DNA of 62,531 bases, filler included, from Dehalococcoidia bacterium (GTDB lineage Bacteria > Chloroflexota > Dehalococcoidia > DSTF01 > JACRBR01): NCBI GenBank assembly GCA_041494685.1. It is 3 parts of 3 records of this genome, joined end to end, with 100 filler letters (N's around TTAATTAATTAA, not from the genome) between each part and the next. Parts side by side here need not be neighbours in the genome. Positions count along the whole stretch, not along the records: positions 1 to 25,490 come from JBGQBE010000049.1; 2 more parts are not named here. One strand, 5' to 3'. Position 1 is the first letter of the stretch, and each line of letters opens with the position of its first letter. The position numbers and the translations under genes were made by a program. Under the pieces are notes generated by a model. The model saw only the letters and a program-made list of their open reading frames with translations, searched no databases and was not told the DNA's origin. This document shows, piece by piece, positions 11,860-21,354 of the stretch.

Positions 11860-13359
11860 CTACAGCCCCTGCACTGCCGCCGCGTCATCCGCGGCCTCGT
11901 CGGGCTCGACGATGCGGATCCGGGGCAGCGTGGCGCTCGCGGCAGCGACCAATTCATCGAACGACGCCTGCAGGTCGCCCATGATGCGCCGCAACTCCGC
12001 TTCGTCCGTACCGGCGTAGTGCACGCCCCAGTTCAGCTTCCCGAGATACGTCAGCGCGGCCACGTTGATCTGCTGCCCCGCGAACACGGGCGCGAATGGG
12101 TAGATCTCGACGAGCTTCGACTCCAGCGCGTACAGCGGCACCGGCGGGCCGGGGATGTTCGTGACGCAGACGTTATAGGCGCGGACGGTCGTGGCGAGCC
12201 ACATGCTCATGCGCTGCGCCAGCGTGCCGGTCCAGCGGTCGATCTTCGCGAGCGCCTCGACGGCCAGCTCCTGCTTGGTCTGCTTCAGGTACGCGATGTT
12301 CTGGCAGAGCAGCTCCAGGCGGCGGCGCGCGTCCGGCTCGCAGACCGGCAGGTCGACGATGTACGTGGACACGCGGTTGCCCAGGTTGCCGCGCTCCTGC
12401 CGCGTGCGGACGTTCAGCGGCACCATCGCGCGGACGCGCAGGCGGCGCATCTTGACGCCGGCGCGCAGCAGCAGCGCGCGGGCGGCGCCCGTCGTCACCG
12501 CGAGTGACACGTCGTCGCGCGTGCCGCCGAGGCGCGAGCGGATCGAACGCTCGTCCGAGCGGTCGGTGCTGAACCAGTCGTGGAGGCGCGCCGCCACGGG
12601 CGCGGGCGTCAGCGGCGTCTTCGACGTGCCGCGGATGCCGCGTAGTACGAAGCGCACGAGCGCGACGCTGTGCGCGACGAACGACCGGCGCGCGTCGCCG
12701 TCGTAGATGAGACGCACCGCTCCTCCGACGATCTCGGCGGGCGCTTTGGCGAAACGCGCGCCCTCAGCCAGCAGCAGGCGCGCGGGGTGCGGCGCCGGCG
12801 TCGGCTCGAACGGGGGCGCCAACTCGACCTCGGCGATCGGTTCAGCGGAGAGCAGCACGCTCAGGAAGTCCATGCCGGCGACGCCGTCTATCATCGCGTG
12901 CGCGGCCTTGAAGATGACGGCGAAGCGGTCGGGGTCGGCGAGGCCCTGGACGACGTGCATCTGCCACAGGGGCAGCGCTCGGTCCAGCGGGACGGAGAAG
13001 ATACCGCTCGCCAGCGCCTTCAGCGCGGCTTCGTCGCCGGGCGCCGGCAGGGCCGTCTCCGTGACGTGCTCTTCAACGACGAAGCCGGCGTGGTCGATCC
13101 ACACGGGCGAGCCGGTGACAGGGACGCGCACGACCTTCTGCCGGTAGCGGGGCACCGTGCGCAGGCGCGCGACGACGAGCCGGCGGAACTTGTCGACGTC
13201 GACGGTGCCGTCGGGCAACGCGAACGAGGTCTTCTCGAACAGCGCGACGACGCCGACGTGCATGTGGATGTGGGGGCGTTCGAAGGCGAGGAAGGAGGCG
13301 TCCTGTGGAGAGAGCCGTTCGAATGACGTTCGGCCTTGCCGGATCCCGCGCACTCTCAA
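11860..13359 (-). CDS. Wax ester synthase/diacylglycerol acyltransferase (WS/DGAT)
   Basis: ERLSPQDASFL, PLDRALPLWQ, AHAMIDG (variant of HHxxxDG), LGNRVS, VTNIPGP. Exact start uncertain. Confidence 0.88.
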   Translation of the reverse strand: MRVRGIRQGRTSFERLSPQDASFLAFERPHIHMHVGVVALFEKTSFALPDGTVDVDKFRRLVVARLRTVPRYRQKVVRVPVTGSPVWIDHAGFVVEEHVTETALPAPGDEAALKALASGIFSVPLDRALPLWQMHVVQGLADPDRFAVIFKAAHAMIDGVAGMDFLSVLLSAEPIAEVELAPPFEPTPAPHPARLLLAEGARFAKAPAEIVGGAVRLIYDGDARRSFVAHSVALVRFVLRGIRGTSKTPLTPAPVAARLHDWFSTDRSDERSIRSRLGGTRDDVSLAVTTGAARALLLRAGVKMRRLRVRAMVPLNVRTRQERGNLGNRVSTYIVDLPVCEPDARRRLELLCQNIAYLKQTKQELAVEALAKIDRWTGTLAQRMSMWLATTVRAYNVCVTNIPGPPVPLYALESKLVEIYPFAPVFAGQQINVAALTYLGKLNWGVHYAGTDEAELRRIMGDLQASFDELVAAASATLPRIRIVEPDEAADDAAAVQGL

Positions 13360-13519
13360 GCTTCACTCCTCCGACATACGAACCCGGCCGCCGGATCGCT
13401 CGCGGCGGCCGCCGCCTACGTTGTAACACGCGCCACCGGGGCACGGGGGCCCGATTATGCAGCGATCGGATTACGGAAGTGTCACAGCGCCGCCCGATCG
13501 TGCGTGGTGAAGCCTCCGG

Positions 13520-14884
13520 CTACTGGATCAGCTTCACGAAATGGGTAGGCGACGCGGGATCGTACGCACTGGCCCAAGCGCCCATGTTCACGTCGGTCGA
13601 TACGAAGCGGCCCGTCACCACTCCACCTGAACTGCCCTCCAGGAAGAAGAGTGCGAAGCTCAGGATCGTGAACGTGCATTTGCCGTTGCAGAGGCCCGCG
13701 ATCACAGGGATGACGATCACCTGGCGGCTGCAAAGCGTCGCGCCATCATCAGGAACCGGGCACTTGCCGGCACCCCAGGGATTGCAGGCTGAGTTCAGCT
13801 TGTACGTCGGGCCACCGGACGTCGACGTCGGTGCCGGAGTGGACGTCGCCGGCGTCGTCGCCATGGGCGTCGGCGAGGGACCGGGGGTGTTGGTCTGTGT
13901 TGGCGCAGCGGTGCTGGTCGCCATCGGGGTGTTTGTCGCGGTGGGCGGCGCCGGTGTATTTGTCGGTGTGCTGGTCGGTTGCTTGGCCGGGGGCGCGACC
14001 AGCGGTGACATCAGGTGGCCGCCCGAACTGCCACCTGTAGCCGCAACAGCAAAGCGATCACCGGCCTGCCCGGCGTCGTCATACGACGAGGCCTGCGTGA
14101 ACGCCCCGGCGAACGTACTGCACTGCGGCATCGTCAGCCCCAGACGATACGACACCGCTGCGTCGGTGGGGCCGACCATGTTGCCAGGCTCCGAGTCGCA
14201 GTCGGGGCCGTCGCAGCTGGTGGAGTCCTCCGCGCAGCCCGTAGGGTAGGCCCCCGGACAGGCCGCGGCCGTGCAGTTCGTCTGTGTGTTGGCGCAGGCT
14301 ACGCTTGAGCTCCCGTACTTGACGGAGTCCCTGTACGTGGCGGCGCCGTTGCCATCGAGGTCCATTGCGCCATAGTTACCGGTATAGCCACCGCCCGCGC
14401 CCTGCTTGATCGTGACGATCTGCCCCTGGGCGGCCGCGTCAAGCGTAGCCTGCGTCACCGCCCACGGCATGACGCCGCTGAGACCGCCGGGCGAGAACTT
14501 GCCCGCGACGGCCGTCGCGCTGACGTCCTGGTCCGGGACGCCCACGATCCGGATGAACGCGAACTTGTGGGTCCTGGTGATCTGCACCTTGACCTGGGGT
14601 GTGGTCGTCCCGCCCGACACCGTGACGGACACGATCGCCGTGCCGGGGTCGACGCCGTTCTTCGCTTCCCACGACGCCGCGCTGCTCTGGACAGCAGCGG
14701 CGTCCGGGAGATCCTGCGCGGCCGCAAGCGCGATGGCGTCGGCGTCGTTCTGGAGATTTCGCCGCTCCGACGCGTAGGCGCCGAGGTCCACGGCCATCGC
14801 CGTCATGCCGAGAAGCATCGGCAACAGCAGCGCGATCACCATCAGCATCTGCCCATGCTCGCGCGTCCCGTCGCAACTGCGCAT
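13520..14884 (-). CDS. TadG-like pseudopilin/adhesin, Cys-rich, with Pro/Thr-rich insert
   Basis: GQMLMVIALLLPMLLGMTAMAVDLG...LQNDADAIALAAAQDL N-terminal Tad motif. Confidence 0.8.
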   Translation of the reverse strand: MRSCDGTREHGQMLMVIALLLPMLLGMTAMAVDLGAYASERRNLQNDADAIALAAAQDLPDAAAVQSSAASWEAKNGVDPGTAIVSVTVSGGTTTPQVKVQITRTHKFAFIRIVGVPDQDVSATAVAGKFSPGGLSGVMPWAVTQATLDAAAQGQIVTIKQGAGGGYTGNYGAMDLDGNGAATYRDSVKYGSSSVACANTQTNCTAAACPGAYPTGCAEDSTSCDGPDCDSEPGNMVGPTDAAVSYRLGLTMPQCSTFAGAFTQASSYDDAGQAGDRFAVAATGGSSGGHLMSPLVAPPAKQPTSTPTNTPAPPTATNTPMATSTAAPTQTNTPGPSPTPMATTPATSTPAPTSTSGGPTYKLNSACNPWGAGKCPVPDDGATLCSRQVIVIPVIAGLCNGKCTFTILSFALFFLEGSSGGVVTGRFVSTDVNMGAWASAYDPASPTHFVKLIQ

Positions 14885-15182
14885 AAGTGAACATCCCTCT
14901 GACTACTGGCGTCCGTGACCACGACGGAGTCTCCGACAAGTATCGGAATCGCGAAACCGCTTCGGCATACCGGTCCGGGCACGAATCGGGCCGGATCTGG
15001 CGCGCCGGCACGGGCCGCCGGACCTGGCGAGGTAGCCGGGTGCCCAGCCGGCTGCGCCGTCTAATGTCAGAATTGACGTTTTTTCGCCGGATTCAATGAA
15101 ATCTCAAGCCGTGACCGGGCGTTTGCACTTAGGGGAGCAGTTCGGTGCTCTGGCTGCCGATACTGATGTTGAGATGCTGGAT

Positions 15183-15713
15183 ATGGCTGAATCCCTACTG
15201 AGCCACGCGATGCGGCGCGCTCCGCGCTTCCGTAGCCGCCGGGCACCCCGGCGTAGCTCGCCACGCCGCAGCGAGGCGGCGCAGAGCCTGGTCGAGTTCT
15301 CGCTGATGCTGCCGGTGCTCTTGATACTCGTGTTCGGCATCATCGACTTCGGCATGGGGCTGCGCGCCTACATCTCGGTGTCCCAGGCGACGCGGGAGGG
15401 TGCGCGGTACGCGGCGGTCGGCAACGCTGCCGGCACGTTCACGGCCGGCGGCACGGGCGAATGCAACGGTTCGACGACGACCACCACCGTTGGCCGCGTG
15501 TGCAGCGCGCTGGACGGACTGAAGCTCTCCGACATCCAGAGCGTCAGCGTCACCTACCCGAACGGCCAGTCGCCGGGCAACTCGGTACACGTCAGCGTCA
15601 ACTACAGCTATCACTACATCACGCCCATCAAGGCAATTGTCGGATTCTTCTCGGCGGGGGCCCTGCCCGGCGCCCTGACAATCAGCTCGTCGACCGACAT
15701 GCGCATCGAATAG
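15183..15713 (+). CDS. TadE-family pseudopilin
   Basis: AQSLVEFSLMLPVLLILVFGIIDFG...ATREGARYAAV. Start uncertain. Confidence 0.88.
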   Translation: MAESLLSHAMRRAPRFRSRRAPRRSSPRRSEAAQSLVEFSLMLPVLLILVFGIIDFGMGLRAYISVSQATREGARYAAVGNAAGTFTAGGTGECNGSTTTTTVGRVCSALDGLKLSDIQSVSVTYPNGQSPGNSVHVSVNYSYHYITPIKAIVGFFSAGALPGALTISSSTDMRIE

Positions 15714-15728
15714 ACCCTGAGGACAGCC

Positions 15729-16847
15729 ATGTTCTACCGACTGCGAGGACTTCTCTCCAACGAGCGCGGCCAGATCCTGATGCTTGCCGTTGCGATCTTG
15801 CCGATCATCATCGGCATGACCGGCATGGCGGTCGACCTTGGCCGCTACGCGTCGGCGCGCCGCGACATGCAGAAGGCGGCCGACAGCATTGCACTTGCCG
15901 CCGCGCAGGATCTGCCGGACACGAGCGCCGCGCAGACGTCCGGCCAGCAATGGGCCGCGAAATACGGCCTGGACCCGAGCGAATACACCCTCACGATCAC
16001 TGGCGGGACGACGGCGCCGAACGCGAAGATCGTGATCAGCCGTAACCACGACTTCACGTTCATGCGCTTCGTGGGCATTTCGTCGCGCAGCGTCGGAGCG
16101 CAAGCGACGGCGGTGAAGGCATCGTTTGGCGGCAGCAACGGCATCGTGCCATGGTCGGTCACCCAGGCGACGGTCGATGCCGCTTCGGCTGGCTCGCTGG
16201 TGACATTGAAATACGACGCGACCGGCAGCAATACGGGCGACTTCGGCGCCATCCGCATCGACGGTCCCGGAGCGAAGGTCTACGACACATCCGTCAGCTA
16301 CGGGAGCACATCGTTTGCCTGTGCGGCGTCGGCGCCGAACTGCACGACGGGGGCCTGCCCGGGCATCTACCCTACGACCTGCGCGGAGAACGCCCCTGAA
16401 TGCAATGGTCCGGATTGCACGCCGCAGACCGGAAACCTGATCGGCCCGACCCAAACGGGCGTTGATTTCCGCATGAACAACACAAGCCTCGCGTGTGACA
16501 CGTTCGCGGAAGCCTTCGGGACACCCGACGCATCGGGAAAGTATCATCTTGCCACAGCCTGTAATCCGTGGATAGACGGGCCCGGCAAGTGCCAGACGCA
16601 GACATCGCTCTGCAGCAGGCGGGTGATCATGATTCCGGTAGTCGACGGATTCGGTAACGGCTCGTCCGATCCGGCGACGATCTTGCGGTTCGCACTCGTC
16701 TACCTCGAAGGCTACGACTCTGGGAAGTGCCAGGGGAACAGCTGCGAGATCAAAGGCCACTTCGTCAACGCCGACGTCGACACGAGCGCGATCGCCGGCG
16801 CGTACGACCCACTGGCCATGGTGCACTTCGTGCGGCTGAGCCAGTAG
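15729..16847 (+). CDS. TadG-like pseudopilin/adhesin, Cys-rich; paralog of 13520-14884
   Basis: ERGQILMLAVAILPIIIGMTGMAVDLG...MQKAADSIALAAAQDL. Colinear with the divergent paralog. Confidence 0.82.
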   Translation: MFYRLRGLLSNERGQILMLAVAILPIIIGMTGMAVDLGRYASARRDMQKAADSIALAAAQDLPDTSAAQTSGQQWAAKYGLDPSEYTLTITGGTTAPNAKIVISRNHDFTFMRFVGISSRSVGAQATAVKASFGGSNGIVPWSVTQATVDAASAGSLVTLKYDATGSNTGDFGAIRIDGPGAKVYDTSVSYGSTSFACAASAPNCTTGACPGIYPTTCAENAPECNGPDCTPQTGNLIGPTQTGVDFRMNNTSLACDTFAEAFGTPDASGKYHLATACNPWIDGPGKCQTQTSLCSRRVIMIPVVDGFGNGSSDPATILRFALVYLEGYDSGKCQGNSCEIKGHFVNADVDTSAIAGAYDPLAMVHFVRLSQ

Positions 16848-16905
16848 GCGACGGTACAAGCCGTCCCGTTCCCTGCACTATTGCCGCACGGGAGGCGGGC
16901 CTGCG

Positions 16906-17739
16906 TCAGCCGGACCGGTAGAAGCGCGCCGCGTTGCCGCCCAGCACCGCGTCCCGGTCGCGCGGCGAGAGCGTCTCGATGCGCGCCATCGCAACGGCCA
17001 TGACGTCCGCATATGCGCCGGCGAGCGTGCAGACAGGCCAGTCGGAGCCGACCATGATCCGCTCCGGCCCGAACCACTCGAACACGACGTCGATGTACGG
17101 CTGGAGATCCGCCGGTGTCCAGGCGTTCCAGTCCGCCTCGGTCACCATGCCCGAGAGCTTGCATAGCACGTTGCGGTAGCGCGAGATCGCGGCGATGCCG
17201 CGGCCCCATGTCTCAACCTCACGCGCGCGAATCTCCGGCTTCGCAATGTGGTCGATGACGAAGCGCTGCCGCGGGAACGCCTTGACGAGCGCGGCCGCAT
17301 CGGGCAGTTGGCGGGCGTAGATCAGGATGTCGTACGCCAGGTCGAACTCCGCGAGCGCCGCGATGCCGCGCTGGAACTCCGGCCGCAGCATGAAGCCGTC
17401 CGGCTCGCCCTGCACGACCTGGCGGATGCCGCATAGCCGCGGGTGCGCCGCGACGCGCGCAAGCTGGCCGCGCACGTCCGGGGCACAGAGATCCACCCAG
17501 CCGACGACGCCGCGGATGAACGGATGTTCGTCGGCCAGCCGCAGCAACCACTCCGTCTCGGCGATGTCTTGCTGCGCCTGCACGACGATGCAGCCGTCGA
17601 AGCCCGCCGCGCGGAGCAGCGGCTCCAGGTCGGCGGGCAGAAAGTCACGGCGGAGCGCCGCCATCGAATCGTCGATCCATGCGTGCGTGTCCGGCGCGTA
17701 GCGCCAGAAGTGCTGGTGCGCGTCGATGCGCGGCGGCAT
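16906..17739 (-). CDS. Amidohydrolase, L-fucono-1,5-lactonase-like
   Basis: IDAHQHFW, GVVGWVDL, IDHIAKP, CKLSGMVTEA, GSDWPVC. Confidence 0.88.
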   Translation of the reverse strand: MPPRIDAHQHFWRYAPDTHAWIDDSMAALRRDFLPADLEPLLRAAGFDGCIVVQAQQDIAETEWLLRLADEHPFIRGVVGWVDLCAPDVRGQLARVAAHPRLCGIRQVVQGEPDGFMLRPEFQRGIAALAEFDLAYDILIYARQLPDAAALVKAFPRQRFVIDHIAKPEIRAREVETWGRGIAAISRYRNVLCKLSGMVTEADWNAWTPADLQPYIDVVFEWFGPERIMVGSDWPVCTLAGAYADVMAVAMARIETLSPRDRDAVLGGNAARFYRSG

Positions 17740-17741
17740 GC

Positions 17742-18815
17742 TCACTCCTCCGGGACCGGCGTCGCACCGTGCGCGCTCGACTCGTAGCAGGCCTCGACGA
17801 CCGCCATCGTGCGGAACGCGTCGTCGACCGCCGATACCAGCGTCGCGTCGTCGCCCGAGATGACGCGCTGGAGGTTCGACATTGGCCCCTCGAACGCCTC
17901 CAGGAACCACGACCCGCGCAGCGGCACGTCCGTCCAGTCGAGCTCGCGGGTCGCGATGAGCAGCTCGTCCGGCTCACCCTGCGGGTAGTTGAGGTTCACG
18001 CCCATCTTCGCGATCGCCGCGCCGGCCGTCCCCTCGACCTTGATCTGCGAGGCGGCGAAGCGCGGGCCGAAGTCGTGCGTGTGGTTCATCGCCAGGCTGC
18101 ATCGGACTTCGTCGCCGTAGTCGAGGATGATGCTCGTGCGGACGTCCGGATAGCCTTCGAGCGAGGGGTGGCGTGGCCCCCGGCAGTACACCCCGGAAGG
18201 CTCGCCCAGCAGCGCGCGGACGAGGTCGCGGTAGTGGATGGAGTGCATCAGCACCTCGAGCCGCGGCACATCTTTGAGGAACGCCCAGTAGCCCCACGGC
18301 GTGTGCAGGTTCAGCCGCACCTCCACGTCCGTTATGCCGCCCAGCACGCTGCGCGAGAGCGCGTCGGCCAGCGCCAGCATGTTCGGCGCGAACCGAAGCT
18401 GGAAGTTGACCGCGGCCGTCAGTTCGCGCTCGCGGCAGATCGCGCGGATCCGGCGGGCGTCGTCCAGGTCGCGGCCCAGCGGCTTCTGGACCAGGACGGC
18501 GGCGCCGCGCGGCAGGCGCGGCAGGATGCCCGTGATCTCGCCGGGCGGCACCGCCACGTCGAACACGGCACCGGGCGTCGCGGCGGCTTCGTCGAGCGAT
18601 GCGAACGCGCGCGTACCCGCCGCAGCGGCGCATTCGCGGGCGGCAGCCTGGTTCAGGTCGAAGATGCCCGCGATCGGGAAGCCCATGCGCGCGTACACGG
18701 GCAGGTGTGCGTCGCGCACGATACTGCCCGCGCCGATCACGACGATCGGCCGCGGCGCGGCGGGCCGGGGCCACGCCTGGCGCAGGCCGGCGAACGCGGA
18801 AGGAAGCTCGCTCAC
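17742..18815 (-). CDS. Gfo/Idh/MocA-family oxidoreductase
   Basis: IGAGSIVRDAHLP, VLVQKPLG, VNFQLRFAP, HSIHYRD. Confidence 0.88.
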   Translation of the reverse strand: MSELPSAFAGLRQAWPRPAAPRPIVVIGAGSIVRDAHLPVYARMGFPIAGIFDLNQAAARECAAAAGTRAFASLDEAAATPGAVFDVAVPPGEITGILPRLPRGAAVLVQKPLGRDLDDARRIRAICRERELTAAVNFQLRFAPNMLALADALSRSVLGGITDVEVRLNLHTPWGYWAFLKDVPRLEVLMHSIHYRDLVRALLGEPSGVYCRGPRHPSLEGYPDVRTSIILDYGDEVRCSLAMNHTHDFGPRFAASQIKVEGTAGAAIAKMGVNLNYPQGEPDELLIATRELDWTDVPLRGSWFLEAFEGPMSNLQRVISGDDATLVSAVDDAFRTMAVVEACYESSAHGATPVPEE

Positions 18816-18907
18816 ACGGCCATCATGGCGCGTCAGGCGGCGTACCGCCACACGGCGACTCCCCGTACAATCGCCGCAGACGACGCCTCGACCGGAGGGA
18901 GCCTGCC

Positions 18908-20206
18908 ATGGCCGTAACGATCACCGGCTTCACCGTCCGCGACATCCGCACGCCGACCTCGCGCACGCTGGCCGGCTCCGACGCCGTGCACACCGACCCG
19001 GACTACTCGGCGGCGTACGTCGTGCTGCACACCGACGCGCCGTCCGGCGTCGCCGGGCACGGCATGACGTTCACGCTGGGCCGCGGGACCGAGATCTGCG
19101 TCGCCGGCGTGTGCGCGCTGGCGCCGCAGATCGTCGGCCGCACGCTGGAGTCGCTGACGGCCGACATGGGCGCCTTCTGGCGCCTGCTCACCAACGAGAG
19201 TCAACTCCGCTGGATCGGGCCGGAGAAGGGCGCGATCCACCTCGCAACGGCCGCGATCGTGAACGCAGTGTGGGACCTCTGGGCGAAGGTCGCGGGCAAG
19301 CCGGTCTGGCAGCTCGTGGCGGAGATGACGCCCGAGGAGATCGTCGCCTGCGTGGACTTTCGCTACCTGACCGACGCGCTCACCCGCGACGAGGCGCTGG
19401 AAATCTTGCGACGCCAGGCGCCCACGCGCGCCGCACGCATCGCTCACGTCGAACGCGAAGGCTACCCGGCATACATCACGTCGGCCGGCTGGATGGGCTA
19501 CCCGGACGAGCAGGTGCGCGCGCTCTGCCGCGAAGCGCTGGCAGCCGGATGGACGCGCTTCAAGATCAAGGTCGGGCGTGACGCGGACGAGAACGTGCGC
19601 CGCTGCGCGCTCGTGCGCGAGGAGATCGGCCCGGAGGCGTGGCTGATGGTCGACGCGAACCAGGTGTGGGACGTCGGCGAGGCGATCGAGCACGTGCGGC
19701 GCATCGCACAGTACAACCTGCACTGGGTCGAAGAGCCCACGAGCCCCGACGACGTGCTGGGGCACGCGGCGATCCGCAAGGCGATCGCGCCGGTGCCGGT
19801 CGCGACGGGCGAGCACGCGGCGAACCGCGTGATCTTCAAGCAGTTGCTGCAGGCCGGCGCGATCGACTTCGCCCAGTTCGACAACTGCCGCCTCGGCGGC
19901 ATGAACGAGGCGCTGGCGGTGCTGCTGCTGGCGGCGAAGTTCGGCGTGCCGGTGTGCCCGCACGCGGGAGGCCTCGGTCTGTGCGAGTACGTGCAGCACG
20001 TCTCGCTGATCGATTACATCTGCTTCAGCGGCAGCCTGGACCGGCGCGCGATCGAGTTCGCCGACCACCTGCACGAGCACTTCCTGGATCCGGTCGTCGT
20101 GCACGGCAACCGATACATGCCGCCGAGCGCACCCGGCTTCAGCATCGAGATGCGCCCGGAGTCGCTGGATGAGTTCGAGTTCCCGAACGGGAAGGCGTGG
20201 CGGTAG
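18908..20206 (+). CDS. fucD: L-fuconate dehydratase (enolase superfamily)
   Basis: PTSRTLAGSDAVHTDPDYSAAYV, QLRWIGPEKG, KIKVG, WVEEPTSPDD, TGEH, VCPHAGG. Confidence 0.92.
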   Translation: MAVTITGFTVRDIRTPTSRTLAGSDAVHTDPDYSAAYVVLHTDAPSGVAGHGMTFTLGRGTEICVAGVCALAPQIVGRTLESLTADMGAFWRLLTNESQLRWIGPEKGAIHLATAAIVNAVWDLWAKVAGKPVWQLVAEMTPEEIVACVDFRYLTDALTRDEALEILRRQAPTRAARIAHVEREGYPAYITSAGWMGYPDEQVRALCREALAAGWTRFKIKVGRDADENVRRCALVREEIGPEAWLMVDANQVWDVGEAIEHVRRIAQYNLHWVEEPTSPDDVLGHAAIRKAIAPVPVATGEHAANRVIFKQLLQAGAIDFAQFDNCRLGGMNEALAVLLLAAKFGVPVCPHAGGLGLCEYVQHVSLIDYICFSGSLDRRAIEFADHLHEHFLDPVVVHGNRYMPPSAPGFSIEMRPESLDEFEFPNGKAWR

Positions 20207-20215
20207 CGCGCCGGC

Positions 20216-20551
20216 TCACTCGAGCGCGTACACCGGCTCCATGTCCGCCCACCGCTCGCCCGGCTTCGCCTCCGCGACCGGCTCCTGGAACGAATCCATC
20301 AGCGCCTGCCACTCGCGGATGCGCCCGCCGCGCTCCATGTAGCGGCCGAAGTCACGGTCGGGGTCGAAGCCATCGACGGTCTCCATGAGCATGAAGAGCC
20401 GCCGCCCCAGCGTCCAGATCAGCATGCGCTCGATGCCGATGTCGCGCAGGCCGCTCTCGACTTCCGGCCAGACGGCACGGTGGTGCTCGACGTACCGGGC
20501 GATGACCTCTGGATCGTCCTTGAGGTTGATCGTGCGCGCATACCGCTTCAT
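20216..20551 (-). CDS. L-rhamnose/L-fucose mutarotase family protein
   Basis: LKDDPEVIARYVEHHRAVWPEV...RLFMLME...EWQALM. Confidence 0.88.
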   Translation of the reverse strand: MKRYARTINLKDDPEVIARYVEHHRAVWPEVESGLRDIGIERMLIWTLGRRLFMLMETVDGFDPDRDFGRYMERGGRIREWQALMDSFQEPVAEAKPGERWADMEPVYALE

Positions 20552-20564
20552 CGAGACCCTCCCG

Positions 20565-21332
20565 CTAGAACACCAGCACGCCGCCATCGATGGGGTACGC
20601 CTGGCCCGTGATGAACGATGCCTCGTCGGAGCAAAGGTACAGCGCCAGCGCCGCCACTTCCTCCGGTTCGGCCATGCGGCCGACCGGCTGGTACTCAGAC
20701 AGCTTCTGATACATCTCCTGCTCGCGGCCGGGGTACGAATCGTGGAGGTAGCCATCGACGAACGGCGTGTGCACACGCGCGGGGCAGACGCAGTTGCAGC
20801 GGATGCCCTGCTTGATGTAGTCCACGGCGATCGAGCGCGTCATCGTCAGCACCGCGCCCTTGCTCATGGAGTACGCGAATCGATCCACCAGGCCGATCAG
20901 CGACGCGATCGACGCGAGGTTCAGGATCACGCCGCCGCCGGCCTCGACCATGCGCGGGATCGCCGCCTGGGAGCAGAGGTAGACGCCCTTCACATTGACC
21001 GCGTAGATGCGATCCAGGTCCGCCTCGCTGGTGCTGATGACGGTGCCGATGTGCGAGACACCGGCGTTGTTCACCAGGATGTCGATACGCCCCGCCGCCG
21101 CCGCGCGGTCGAATGCCGCGGCCACCGACGCGGCGTCGGAGACGTCGCACGCGACCGCCTCGGCTCCGCTGCCCGCGCCGCGGATCGCGGCGACGGTCGC
21201 CGCGCCCGCGGCCTCGTCGCGCTCCAGCACAGAGATGCGGGCGCCCTGCGCCGCGAACGTCTTCGCGATGGCCTGTCCGATGCCGGAGCCGGCCCCGGTC
21301 ACCACCGCGTGCTTGCCGTCCAGTCGAAACAT
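20565..21332 (-). CDS. SDR, 2-keto-3-deoxy-L-fuconate dehydrogenase-like
   Basis: TGAGSGIG, NNAG, DRFAYSMSKGAV (YxxxK), RCNCVCPARVHTPFVD. Context in fucose cluster. Confidence 0.85.
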   Translation of the reverse strand: MFRLDGKHAVVTGAGSGIGQAIAKTFAAQGARISVLERDEAAGAATVAAIRGAGSGAEAVACDVSDAASVAAAFDRAAAAGRIDILVNNAGVSHIGTVISTSEADLDRIYAVNVKGVYLCSQAAIPRMVEAGGGVILNLASIASLIGLVDRFAYSMSKGAVLTMTRSIAVDYIKQGIRCNCVCPARVHTPFVDGYLHDSYPGREQEMYQKLSEYQPVGRMAEPEEVAALALYLCSDEASFITGQAYPIDGGVLVF

Positions 21333-21354
21333 GGTTCCTCCTCCTCCGTCGCCG

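Noticed and set aside
13805..14098. Repetitive DNA in Pro/Thr-rich segments considered as CRISPR or VNTR
   Set aside because: It is low-complexity coding sequence with no constant repeat-spacer pattern. No CRISPR array or cas gene was seen anywhere in the window.
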